Shown here one piece after another: positions 1 to 12,197 of a stretch of 64,000 bases of DNA; the stretch's first letter is position 1; each line of letters begins with the position of its first letter. The notes under the pieces were generated by a model. The model worked only from the letters and a program-made list of their open reading frames with translations, made no database searches and was not told the origin of the DNA. The DNA lies in contig CM052817.1 in NCBI GenBank assembly GCA_028534125.1, forward strand, positions 83,454,001 to 83,518,000, given 5' to 3'. Source of the stretch: Lama glama (taxonomy: Eukaryota). A program made the position numbers and the translations under genes.

Positions 1-14
1 TTCAATTCCCTTAC

Positions 15-93
15 CTGAGTTTTCACTCTGCTTTCTCACAGTCCTGGAAAATGTTCTACTCAAGGCAGCAAGTACACACACAGCCCAGATGAA
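15..93 (-). other. Candidate spliced exon (79 nt, possibly 5'UTR) of an unidentified minus-strand gene
   Basis: Minus strand reads ctctttttcttggtctcttgccaccttaattatAG|TTCATCTGG...AAAACTCAG|GTAAGG: pyrimidine tract, AG acceptor and strong CAG|GTAAG donor in non-repetitive sequence. One frame is open (FIWAVCVLAALSRTFSRTVRKQSENS) but I do not recognise the peptide. Confidence 0.4.
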
Positions 94-667
94 CTATAAT
101 TAAGGTGGCAAGAGACCAAGAAAAAGAGCAGGCAGTGTTAGTTCAATTGTTTCCTTTGCACGGGCAGCAGATGGACTCAAGGTCTAATAACCCTTTTGTA
201 CTTCAGCTAAGGCTGACAATATATCATTATGCTCAGATGGGAGCAAGAAGAAGGTGCCTAGCAACTTGGACTTGGAATGCCTGGGCTTTTGTCAATTTAT
301 GTCATAATCTTAATATTAAACAGGCTTGCTCTCATTTGCCAGTCATCACCTCATTTTATGTTTTTCAAACACAAGAAGATTAAATAGTCTTTCCTGAAAG
401 TACTTTAGCCCCTTAGATATAGAACAGTAGTAGTATTTAGGAGTCTCCCCTTATAAATGTGTACATAAAACTGCCATGAGCCTTGATGGAAATTATATCA
501 GCAAGTTGGGGGGCCTACCATGGGTAATATTTTCATTAGCCATAGTATCCACATAACCCAGGCTCTTTTTGGAATTCAGTGAGCTACCACGGACTATTTT
601 TTTGGACCCCATTACCCTTGTGTTCTTGTGCTTTATGTATATAAGAAGTCATTAGAACTTCTATTTC

Positions 668-708
668 AATAATAATAATAATAATAATAAAAATAATAAT
701 AAAAATAA
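668..708 (+). repeat. (AAT)n-rich simple repeat
   Basis: aataataataat... run directly 5' of the SINE. Confidence 0.9.
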
Positions 709-799
709 GGGGAGAGGGTATAGCTCAAGTGGTAGATTGTATGCTTAGCAAGCATGAGGTCCAAGATTCAATCCCCAGTACCTCCATTTAAAAAAAAAA
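709..799 (+). mobile_element. tRNA-derived SINE (Vic-1-type, camelid)
   Basis: GGGGAGAGGGTATAGCTCAAGTGGTAG (A box)...GATTCAATCCCCAGTACCTCCA (B box) followed by an A tail; near-TSD gaacttctatttc (655-667) / gaagttctatttc (806-818). Confidence 0.88.
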
Positions 800-2002
800 G
801 AAGAGGAAGTTCTATTTCTATTTAGTTTTATCTTTTCTCTTTGAATCTCTGTGTTTTATAATGCAAATGAAATGTGTGCATTTTGGACTGTGTGCTCAAA
901 AACATTTTAGATGACTAGATCATGGTGTGTGCTCAATTAATAGTTGATGAAGGACAATAAGAAGGAAAGAATGAAGAAAGGAGGGAGATCTGAGAATGAA
1001 TGAAAATCACCAAACTATCAATGGACCACATGCCCCTCTCACAACTCAGTGCAGGAAGAAAATTCTGTTAGTAACGTATGACAGGGAGGACAAAAATCAC
1101 CATTTCTCTCTAATATCCTGCTATGATGTCTAATGTCAATCCAGGAGGAAGACAGAGCTTATTAAGCTTTCATTTTACTCTTTGGTGAAGAAGAGACATA
1201 TTGGGAAAAATTAATTTCTATCAGGAAACCCAGAAATATTAGTTCGGGATTTAAATAAATACCCAATCCTAAGGTCCCAGGTAAATAATTTAACATACAG
1301 CTCGCATTCTCCTAAATTTCTCACTGCAGATGCCAGTGCAAAAAAAGAGATCTTTATATAGACAATGAGTCTAAATTATCACTGAACTCTTACAAATCTT
1401 TTTTTCAACAAAAAGATGGAAAAAAATGTTGCAAATATAATTATCATTAATTATGATGAAAAACATACAATCATGTATGTTATTCATAAGTGGACCCATC
1501 CTCCCCAATAGCCATGGACATTTGGAGTCTGAAGTAACTTCAAGGAGGAGAAAGTACGGAGATTTTTATGGACCACATAGTTCTCATCAGCTCAGGAGAA
1601 AGAGGAAATGTCCTAGTCCAAACCTGACTTGGAAGAGGAAACTTTTCCCAACATTTTGTAGATGAATGTTTGTCTAATATAATATCTTCTCCATTCTTCT
1701 CCCAGTACTGAACTCTCCTGCCATATGACAACCTCTGCTGAGAAAAGTTGTGTCCATCTCATCCTTATCTTATCCCTATCATCCTATGGTATATAACCAT
1801 ATACTTGGAAGATCTCAAGTTAAGTAAATGTTACAAAGGACCATAAAATAGTACGGAGAATAAAAATGTGAGAAAAGCAATTAGTAAAAAAATTAATGGA
1901 GGCAACGGAGAAACAAAAAGAAAGTCATTGTAGCCAGGCCATTTAGGGCTTCTCTCTTGAGTAAATAATGTCATATTCCTGTTTTAAACACAAAGAAGAT
2001 TT

Positions 2003-2100
2003 TTTTTTTACTTTTGTTTTGAAGTGTAGTCAGTTTACAATTTCTGGTGTACAGCCCAATGCTTCAGTCATACGTGAATATACATATTTGTTTTCCTATT
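2003..2100 (-). mobile_element. 5'-truncated L1 3' end (lineage-specific)
   Basis: Poly-T followed by tgaagtgtagtcagtttacaatttctggtgtacagc, the reverse complement of the L1 3' end seen at 8664 and 20639; flanked by aagaaga(a)tttttt direct repeats. Confidence 0.8.
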
Positions 2101-3329
2101 AAGAAGAATTTTTTTCTTCCTTATCTTTTACACCCATTCCAAATCTGTTGAAATATTATTGGACCTTTTCAAGATTGGTATTAAACTTCCACAAGATCTA
2201 ATATTTTAGAATTCCTTATGTAGAGGGATAAAAGAAGCCAAAAATTCTTCTCCAGGATCCTAATTTCAGTTGGACAGCTAACTTCCTGCAGAACCTTGAG
2301 AATGTATTATAACCTTTCCAGGTCAAGGCCGTGACTTTCTCATTGGTGAAATGGAGCTAAATTATCTTTTTATACTTTCCTCATAAATTATTTTGAAATC
2401 CAAAAATCACTGGGAAGTTTTAAAACATTGTGTTACTTTTTTTTCCTCCAAAGATAAAAAGGGATCATCCCTCCAATGAGGGGAGGACACGACATCTTCA
2501 GGATTAAGTCATTTTAGATGCTTACATGTACAACATTCTTAAAAAGGAGCCTCAAACTTTCAGCTCTGGATGACCTCTCACAATTGAGCCACTATTTCGA
2601 TACATTCTTATAATGCCAAGGTTTTAGAAAAGAGGGTAAAAATACCTTCTTTGGGCAATTTGTGTGCAAATGGAACAGCTTGTTAAAGATTCCCTCAATG
2701 AGAATGTGTAAACACTGGTCTTGGCCACGAAGAAACAATTTCCTGGGGCAAACTTCATGGTCTGATTTCCCAGAACTACCCTGGAAACTGAGCAGAAGGA
2801 GACGCCTTATACTGCTTTGTCTGTAGCCACAAAATATACACATAGGGTCCCACCCAGCCTGAATTTAACCCTGTGCACCCCAGAGAGAACAAAAATAATA
2901 ACAGAACTTCCATAATGAGGCCATTGTACTATAAAAATAGTATCTGCACTATCTACACATGAAAGCCAATATAATTATGGTCCAGGAAGCTAAGTTCCTT
3001 CAGAGTGGAAATGTGAACAGGTACCCTGTGATAATATTTTCTAGGAAAGAAACCATTCAAGATTACCTCTGCTCCTCTCAGCGATATTTAGTTTAAATCC
3101 GACCTAGGGTGGAGGAGGAGAGCACTTGCTATTTTACTCCGTTTAGAGTATTTAATGGATCTAAGTTAATATTTACAAGAAAACATCTTACTGTCAAATG
3201 TTAATTTTTTTAATTGTCATTATTATAATTGTCAATCTACCAGAAGAAGGTTTAGAACAAGTCACTCAGACTTACTCTATTATCCTATGGTTAGCTACAT
3301 CTCTGCTACCATGTTATGTCCAAAATCAG

Positions 3330-3600
3330 GCTTACCAATGTCTTTGTATCCTACTCCCATCCCATCAAATAAGTTTACTGCCAAGATCAGCCACTTCTGT
3401 TAGCTGATTGGAAACTATAGTGTCAGCATCGACCACTCTCTTTCCTTCTCTCTGAATACTCAACTGATCAACATCCTTTTAAGTATTTCCTAGAAGTGAC
3501 TGTCTGCTGCTGCCATGGTCCAGGCCTTTAGCATCCTGCTCTGATTGCCTCTCACCTTGCCTTTCTACCATTGCTTCTCAACACTAGATGCACTTTAGAA
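3330..3600 (+). mobile_element. L2 LINE fragment
   Basis: Degenerate pyrimidine-rich L2-like sequence (tgctgccatggtccaggcc...). Confidence 0.45.
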
Positions 3601-3869
3601 TTTGAGAAACACCCTAAACCTTTCATACAAATATCCCTAACTTCTTATTGTTTGCCTGCTTCACTCAAAATAATGAGAGCTTTTAGTGTGCATGTGGAAT
3701 TTTTAAAATAATTTTTAAATGGGAGTATTCTATAGTGATATTTATATTCATGCTATCAAAGGACACACAAGTATTTCTGATCTCTCAGTGTAAAATTCCT
3801 GTGCCATTTACTTTGTAGGAAAAATTGTTCTCTGCTATAACTGAGTTAGAAATAGTTATTACTATTATA

Positions 3870-4050
3870 TGATGTGATTGAAAGAGCACAGGACTAGGGA
3901 TTTGCATTTTAGTTCTGATTCTTGGTTTTTATTCTGCTGAGCTGCACTTTTAATTTTTTTAGTGAGCATAATCATATTTTCCCTACATACCTCACAGAAT
4001 TATTGTCAGGATTAAATGAGATAATATGTATGAAAAGTATGAATAACTAT
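3870..4050 (+). mobile_element. MIR SINE
   Basis: MIR core: acctcacagaattattgtcaggattaaatgagataatatgtatgaaa. Confidence 0.8.
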
Positions 4051-4379
4051 AAATTCCAAATGCCCTCCTCTTCAGCATACTTTATTTCTAGATAGACTGT
4101 AAACCCTTAGATTAACTCTAGTTTAAGTAAATATTGAAAATTAAGCATTATTCTACAAAGAAGAAAAAGCATTTTTCAACAGTTCTTATCTCTGTAATCA
4201 TGTATGCTTGAGGCTGTGCACCAGAGGCAGCCCTCTCTGCTTAAAGGAAGTATAAGTCAGAGTATGTGGAAGCCCTCTCAGGCTCCCAACACTTTCTCCC
4301 TCATCTGTAAATACTCCCCACTGTCCTTGGCAAACCATCCCCAAACCTGCAAATAATTCTTGCTCCCTAATTTCAAAGA

Positions 4380-4620
4380 CAAGAAGAAGCGACAAAAGCA
4401 ACAGGTAAACCGCCAGCCATGTCTTGCTTCCGCTTAAGTTCCTCAGGCCTGATTCTCCTCCAAGTCCCCCTGTAAAGAGGGCTAGAGGGAGATAGAGGAG
4501 AAGCTGCTACTGAGAGAGAGGGTGTTTACATCTGAGGAGGGCGCCTCCTCATTGGTTTGCTGATGATAAGAGAGAGTGTATCTAAACGTAAAAAAATAAC
4601 AGGATGGCATTGAATGAATG
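4380..4620 (-). promoter_or_regulatory. Candidate non-CpG-island promoter or enhancer
   Basis: Unique sequence with locally raised GC and several CpGs. Minus strand: CCAAT (4551-4555), forkhead TGTAAACA, CT-rich tract with Inr-like CTCAGT (~4510), ETS-like CGGAAG (~4430). GATA site TGATAAG ~4564 on the plus strand. Confidence 0.4.
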
Positions 4621-5029
4621 CGAGGGGAAGGTAGAAGGCCAAGACGACTTTCACCCTAAAACCACACAGCAGACACTCGAATCTAAATCTGCCTTGGATC
4701 CTAGGTCCCCACTTAAAGATTAATCTAGACTATCTCCTGATTCAGGGGCCAAAAGAATATTCAGGTCAACTGAAGTGATTTATAATCATATCCCAATATA
4801 CCAGATAAATCCTAGTTAAGTTCATATCCCATGGGATCTTAGCCCAAAAGCAAACAAATAACAACAACAAACTCTTCTCATAAAACAGAAGTGACTCATA
4901 TCAAACCTCCTTATCCTAGATGTTTAGAAACACGGGCAAGTTTTAACAACCCAATACATGTTTCTGAATATGAATTTAGAGGATTCTTCAGTTAAACTGT
5001 TTATAGACACAGTATTCATTTACCTTCTT

Positions 5030-5970
5030 ATTCAATTGAGAAATTATTTATTGATTATGTAAAGGTAAATTGGCAAAATACATTTCTTCTAAGAGCTTAC
5101 AGTATAGTATTATGTTTCTCAATCATTTGGAGTTACTGAATCATTCGAAACCTGATGAAAAATAGAGCTGCTTTTACCAGAAATACACAATACTTGTAAA
5201 ATTTGCATCAGTGTGAAAGGTTGAAGACTACTTGATGCTTATTAAGAACTCTTAATGTTGAAAGAAAAATAGGTATGAATATAATACAAAATAATATAGT
5301 ATTAAAGCAATAAGATCTGCTCTAAGAGCTTAGACCAAGGAGCATTTATTTGGGTGTAAAATGCTCAGGTAAGGATTCATGATAGAGGACACTTTGGGGC
5401 TAGTCCTTAAAGGATGAATAGGGCTTTGCCAGACAGGGATGGGATAAGGAAACAGCGTTTAAGTCTATAGGAGTAACATAAACAACAGTAGGGGATCACA
5501 TAAATGTATGCATATTAGGTATTTACAAACAAGAAAAAATTTTAAATTCCACTAGAAAACTTAGATTTCATCCTACATATAATGCCAAGTCATTAATGTT
5601 TTTTAAATAAGAGAGAGATTGTCAGAATGGTGCATTAGCAGGATTATCCTAGTGACAGTAAGGAATGAATTGGTGTGGATTAAGATTAAAGATAGAGAGA
5701 AGGTTGTTGCAGTGGTATAAGGAACTAGTAAATGAGTCAGTGGAAGTAAGGCTCATGTAACTAATGACACTTAAGAGATAGAACCAAGTAAAATTGGCCA
5801 TTGATTAAAATGTGGAGGGTACAGCAGAATGAGGAATTAGAGGTGATTACAAAGATACCTCTTTCAAAAATGTTAGGAAACCCAGGAAATGAAGTGCATT
5901 TTGAGTGGAAGATCAGCTTGTTTAGGGCAGATTGAGTTTGAGCTATTAATTGTCCCTGAAAATAAAAGAT
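5030..5970 (-). mobile_element. L2 LINE fragments (interrupted)
   Basis: Purine-rich antisense L2 pattern (gagcttacagtatag; ccttaaaggatgaataggg; ggttgttgcagtggtataagg). Confidence 0.65.
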
Positions 5971-7079
5971 TTTGCTTATGATTCTATCCATTAGAATACT
6001 AATTGAATTAATAACTACAATATTAAAATAAAAGAGACTCAAACAAAATCTTAAGACCCCATGAGGAAATCGTTCAACTGTCCAAGAGAAATTTCAATCC
6101 TTATTCAAATAGGTATGAATTCAGTGACTCATTTGCAACTCATATCACATCTCCAAATCCCAGCCTCTTTAATTTCAGACTTTGCAACATAAAAAGACCA
6201 ATCCACAGTGTATGAAAACAGAAGGTGTGCCAGTACTCAGCAATAAGCAGAAATAAGCAATGTTGCCAAACTTATCAAAAACACTGATTTCTTCTAAAGA
6301 GAAAGAATCTCATCAAGAGTTTAGGCAACAGTTACCTGACAACAGCAGGCACTAGAACTTTTATCAGAAACCAGCTTCCTGTCTCAGACTCAGCCCTCTC
6401 AGAATAGACTGAGATCTAAGTGAGACCCAAGACATCATCTAATGCAACCTTCCTTGAATAAACAAAAAAGCTAATGTCCAGGGATATTAAGGAAGTCACT
6501 TTAGTAATAAACAACCAAACTAGAACTTTTGTCTCCTGACTCCTATTTCAGGTGTGCTTTCCTCAGCCCCATATTTTCAAATATTTCTCTGAGTCATGAG
6601 TTAAACCAGTGGATTTGGAGTTAACCTATGTCTCACAGAGCAGACCTCGGGAGAATACTGAGTTGCCATGCTGATGGATTATCAGGGTTGCTTCCAGCTG
6701 TTTGGGCAGAACCACTCAAGCAGCTGCCTGAGATGAGGGATGAGTGAGTACACACATGTGTACTTAGTGAGGAAATGGTTAGAAAGGGGAAATCGTTTCT
6801 TCATAGATGCCCTCCATCCTCCCAGTGGCTGCTGAGAGATCTGGTATCAAAGGATTCTGTGTCCTCCACCCTCCAGCCTGCCCTCTCTCACTGAGCCTCA
6901 TACCCCCAAGTTAGCTACCCCAATTCCTTACTTGAAAAAATGCTAGTGCTTAAAAATTATTGCTCTGTAGAATAGAGAAACAATGTAATGAAAATGGTCT
7001 TTGAACTTCAGAGTCTGGGAAGCTACAGTGAAAGAGCCTGTTAACTACACTGGTACAGGAGCAGAAACCAAACGCTTTA

Positions 7080-7190
7080 TCAAAAACGGTTGGAAAATTA
7101 GACTCTCAGGGAGCAGGACCCAGGAATCTGTTCAGAAAATTCCACAGGACTCTTAATATTCAGCAAGTTTAGGAATCTCCAGTATAACAT
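7080..7190. mobile_element. MER5-like hAT MITE fragment
   Basis: ggacccaggaatctg...attcagcaagtttaggaatctc motif. Confidence 0.5.
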
Positions 7191-8663
7191 GTATTTAAAT
7201 TGTTTTTGCTGAGGTTACATTTTCAGTGTTCCATTTCAGTAGCTAATCTAAAACTCATACACAGAAAAAAAAAAAAAAGCAACACAAAACTGCTGGAGAT
7301 TGAATGTGACAATGCAAGTACTAGAACTAGAAGGTTTTGAAGATTTCATCCAACATCCTGTTTCTCATATGGAAGGATGCCTCATGCATTGCAGAAATTT
7401 CCCAATGTTGCACGTTCACGGAAAGGAAAATTAAGTGTACTGGTTGTTTTCTTCTTTTTCTTTAGATTACTGATAGAGAATAAAATTCAAAAAAGGGTAT
7501 CAATTTCAACTGAATTCCTAAAGAAGAGAAAAACAACTATATGTAGACAAAATTTGATAACCAGTTTACCCTCCATATGCTAAATCATTAACTTGTTCTC
7601 TGCTTAGGCACCAAACAAAGATTTATGTGCCCCAAAATACTCAACTCACTTGACACTTTACATAAGAAAAAACAGCAGGCCTCTCCCTTAGTGAGACTGC
7701 TCCATGGCTATTTATAAATGGAGTAGAATAACAAATCATTAGGACATGTTCGAGAGGGGAAAAAAACATGACTAACTACAGTTATTATATTTCATGTGTG
7801 TCAGTCTACTATCTCAGCATTTATAGAGCCCACAGGAGGAATTTTTTGATAGTTCTTTTCAGTTAAAACCAGCTGGTAAAATTTATAGCTTTTCTGGTTC
7901 ACAGAAAACTATGTGGGTTGTTGGGCTTCTAGGAAGTAGAGAATAAATGATATTACCAAGAAATATTACTTTTCAACATATTTTATGCTGGCTCTATATC
8001 ACAGTCAAACTTCAGTGTTTCTCCAGGACCTTCTAAAATCACAGAAAAAGAAATAATATTGGAAAATTAGATTAGTCTTACAGAATGAATATGCTCAAGG
8101 GAGAAACAGTTTACTGTGTTAGATGAAGTTTCTTTTTTAAAAAAAGTCAGATTGTACCTGCATGCAAATGTTCCTTAAAACATTAAACTAATTATTAGCT
8201 AAGGCAAAGCCTACTCAGCAAGATTTGTTATATCTTGCTGTACGTCAGCACTAAATATTACCTATTATAAGGAATATTTTCTGCATAAAGTAGACAGCAA
8301 GAAAATGTAGAGAAAATGGGGCTTTTTTTCGACTGACACACTAGGGAGAGCATAGAATAAGTTTTAGAATATTTGGGGTGCATTGAATTTAAAATTATTG
8401 AGATGAGAAGAAGATTGTTACAGCATGAGTGTGTCAAGCATAAGAGAATATTATAGTGGATTGTCAGTGCTCTGTTTCTTAACCTGACTGGTAACTTTGT
8501 GAAACCCAGTGAACTGTATTTTTTTTTTTATACTTTTAGGTATATTTGTTACATTTCAGTTTAAATAAAAGTTAAACAAAAGAGAACATAATGTCTCAAC
8601 CATTCATTAATCTCTGATCCCTCTTGAAAACACATTAAAATTACACTGAAGAGATCTTTTTTA

Positions 8664-8791
8664 GAATTTGAAAATGAATATACGTATGTATATGCATGAC
8701 TGGGACATTGTGCTGTACACCAGAAATTGACACATTGTAACTGACAGTACTTCAATTAAAAAAATAATAATACTTTTTCTTTAAAAAGAAA
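8664..8791 (+). mobile_element. 5'-truncated young L1 3' end with TSD
   Basis: tgtgctgtacaccagaaattgacacattgtaactgac followed by an A-rich tail; TSD agatctttttta at 8652-8663 and 8792-8803. Confidence 0.85.
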
Positions 8792-8804
8792 AGATCTTTT
8801 TTAA

Positions 8805-9429
8805 GTTCCATACCTACAGAGCAAAAAGAACAGGAGAGGATAAAGTAGAAAGATATTAACTACATATTGGAAAGTGGGAAGTACATGGACTTGTAATAAT
8901 TGACTTAGAAGATAAGAGAAAACTAAATTCTTGCAGAAAAATGAGTTTCAAACCTTGAAGAACCATAAAAAGTCTCAGGAATTGGGTCTACCAGGTACCT
9001 CTGAAGTTCAGGTCCTGGTGGGACTGAAAAATAGAAAGATTGGTTATTCATCTCTGTAAGAAGCAGTTAAACCGTTAGATATCCTTCATCACCCCAACAA
9101 AAGACTAAGAAGGTTGCACCTTAGAAATTTTGGACTAGGAGTCTTTGGGCATGGCTGGGGGCAGCATTGCCATAGTGAGTGAAGTTCTAGATACTAAATA
9201 GATCCTCAACCCCCTCTTCAAACTCAAAACTTGACTCTTGGAATGCTGACAGTGAGCCTTATAATCCTAGGCAAGAGGATAAAGGATTTCTACCTGGGGA
9301 AACTAACCATGAATAAAGAAAAAATCCATGTATTCAAAGTTGACTGTGATCAGCAAGCTCCCAACAGAGAAAGCAGTCAGTCAACACACCCTCCAGACAC
9401 ACACTTAAACACATACACACATCACCCCA

Positions 9430-9469
<40 letters not shown>

Positions 9470-10010
9470 GCTGAGCTTTCAGTCAACTCTAATATCTCAT
9501 TCTTAATTATGGACAGGCAAAACTTACCAGATATCAGAAGAAAAATCTTCCATACAATGGAATACAATTCAGCAATAGAAGTAAACTATTGTTATCTGTA
9601 ACCACATGAATGACTCTCATATGGTAAGTGGAAGAAGTCAGACAAAAAAAGACTAATGCTGTATGATTCAATTATGTAAAGTTCCTGAAATTGCAAGGCA
9701 ATCTACATGACAAAATGTTTGTCAGTGGTTGCCTATCAGGTGATTGGCAGTATGGAGAGATTATAAAGGGACACAAGGATACTTTTGAGGCTGATGGGTA
9801 TGATCATTATCTTGAGTGCGGTGATGGTTTCATGGAAGTAAACACATGTCAAATCGTATCAAATTTCCTAGTTTAATGTGTACCTTATTGTATTGTATAT
9901 TATACCTCTGTGAAGCTGTTATTAAAAGTTATAAATAAAATAAAATAAAATGTAATTATAGATATGAGTAATATTTACATAATCATAATAATGTAAACAC
10001 TGAGTAAGAC
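8805..10010 (+). mobile_element. Old L1 (L1ME-like) fragments
   Basis: catacaatggaatac..attcagcaat and tgatcattatcttgagtgcggtgatggtttcatgg 3'UTR motifs; upstream part resembles an old L1 5' region. Confidence 0.65.
9431..9466 (+). repeat. (CA)n microsatellite
   Basis: About 18 perfect CA units. Confidence 0.95.
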
Positions 10011-10039
10011 ATGGTTTTTTAAGAGGCTGGAGGCTGGGA

Positions 10040-10290
10040 TATTTAATTTGCATTTTTCTGATTTCTATTTCAGTTTTGTACCTCTTCGTATACTGATTGG
10101 TTATTGGGGATTTTTCCTTCTGTGGATTGCTTATTCATGCTCTTTGACAGTTTGGTTGGTTTCCCTGTGTTATCCTTCCTGATTTGCAGGAGTTCCTTAT
10201 ATGTTCTAGATATTAATCCCTTTTGGGTTACATGTGCTGCAAACATCTTCTCTCAGGCTGGCCCTGTCAGTTAACTTTCTCTAACTCTTT
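10040..10290 (-). mobile_element. Old L1 ORF2 3' fragment
   Basis: tttaatttgcatttttctgatt...ttccttatatgttctagatattaatccc antisense L1 motif. Confidence 0.7.
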
Positions 10291-10624
10291 CCTCTTCTTT
10301 GCAGGACACTTAACTTTCTTTATCCAAAACAGTGGGCAGATAACAACTTCAGCTGACTTTACGTGTCTTTATGTGACTTTACATGATATCCTGGAATTTA
10401 ATTTTCTGGACAAATTACAAAACAACTTAAAGGAATCCTCTGTATTATAAAATCAGTGAATTTGCTTGAGGAATAAGTTTGCCCCAGCCAGAGAAATCTA
10501 AACATAACTTGAGAAAATAACAGGCTGTGTAAAGTGGTGATAAGAGAAATAATGTGTCTTGTTAAACTTAGTCCAACTTCACCTCCCCAAACTTCTCCAC
10601 ATTCACTTCTTTGTTTTTGAGGAA

Positions 10625-11150
10625 GTAAAGTGCAGCGGTAAACCTTTCATATGATGGACAGGATTTCAAATCCCAGAGCCTCTATTTCCCATGTAAAATG
10701 GAGTTGCTAATATTTACCTCACAGGCTGTTTTGAGAATGAATTATGATAGTGTAAGTGCTTAATTAGCACAGTAGCTGGACCATAGTTAGCACTCAGTAA
10801 GTGGTAGCCATTAAATTACCGTTCCCCAGCCCATTCTCCCTTTCAACCTAGCAAAAATCCTTCTACTTATCTTTTAAAGCCAAGTTCAAAAGACATTTCC
10901 ATAAAGTCATCCCCAAATCAGTGCTAGCTGACTCTAGTACACCGCTGCTTAACCTCAATTTCACCCCCAAAATATTCATCACTCTAAAACATTCATTACT
11001 CTCTTTTCTGTGGTCTCAAGTGCATTATTCATTTTACTTACATGTATGTAAGAATACTGTGATGAGCTCAAAAGATGACTATTTCCCACAATAAAATGTG
11101 AGCTCCCTGAAGCTAGGAATAATTATCTCTGTCACTCATTTTTAACACAG
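10625..11150 (+). mobile_element. MIR followed by L2 3' fragment
   Basis: catgtaaaatggagttgctaatatttacctcacaggctgtt (MIR); tgtgagctccctgaagctagg (L2 end). Confidence 0.7.
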
Positions 11151-11861
11151 TGAAGGGTTTCCTTCGTAAATACAGCTAACTACTAGGCTAAACAGGTTAT
11201 ATAGATGTAAATGATAAAGGGAACAAAGTGAAGAGAAACAGTATTTTGACCTATCATAAAGAAAACTATCTTTTAAAATCACAGAAGTAGGAGGGAGGAG
11301 AAGGAAGAGGAAGGAAGGAAAGGAGGGGTTGGAGACAAAAGGTAATGAAGAAGAATCCTATAGAAGATTCGGAATATAAGAATATCCTACTATATTACCC
11401 CTTTTCAAAGTAGTTCAACCATACACACCATATGAATTTCTCCAGTAGAGTTTATTTAAATTGCTGTGTTTAAATCAATGTGTATCTATTATGGATTAAA
11501 GACACAGTGTCACTACCTTCATTTTTAATTTTTTGTAAAAGAAAGTTGTATCTGTTTTCTCAGCAAGTTATTGTGAAAGCTCGAATGGTGAGAAACTTTA
11601 CCAATGTATGGAAATTTTCACTTCTAGGTGAAAATTAAGTGCTTACTTAAAGTGATTGTTATGGGCCCCCCAGCCTGTTAACACTCAACTTTCTTAAAAG
11701 GGGCGTGATATATTTCAGTATTTGTAGTGTGAAAGCCAAAGCCCCTTGCCATTCTTTGTTAATGATGCTTTAATAAAGAAATCATCATGTAATTGATTGT
11801 TTAGTTCAACGTTCCCCCGTGCCCAGGAGTCTGATTCGGCATTAGCCATCCAGGAATCTGC

Positions 11862-12008
11862 ATTTTTTAAAATTGAAGTATAATCGGTTTACAATTGTGT
11901 TATTTTCTGGTGTACAGCCTAGTGATTCCATTATACATATATATTCCTTTTCATATTTTTCATTATAGGCTGTTACAAGGTATTGAATATAGTTCCCTGT
12001 GCTATACT
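11862..12008 (-). mobile_element. 5'-truncated L1 3' end inserted beside a MER5-like piece
   Basis: attgaagtataatcggtttacaattgtg...gaatatagttccctgtgctatac. Confidence 0.8.
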
Positions 12009-12197
12009 GATTCAACATTTAAGTAAAATAAGGTTTAATCTTTAAGCAGACAGTTTTTATTTTTGTTTATTTTATTTCTGAAGTAAAATAAGACATTACA
12101 TACCTGAATAATGTTTACCGTACTCCCTGGTGGTAAATTTTTTTTTAATTAAACGTGACTACTTATGACTTTATACATTATTCTTGTCTTTTGAATA

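Noticed and set aside
709..785. tRNA-like sequence (also at 34200-34277 and 41820-41895)
   Set aside because: These are SINE heads with A-rich tails and TSDs and degenerate stems, not functional tRNA genes
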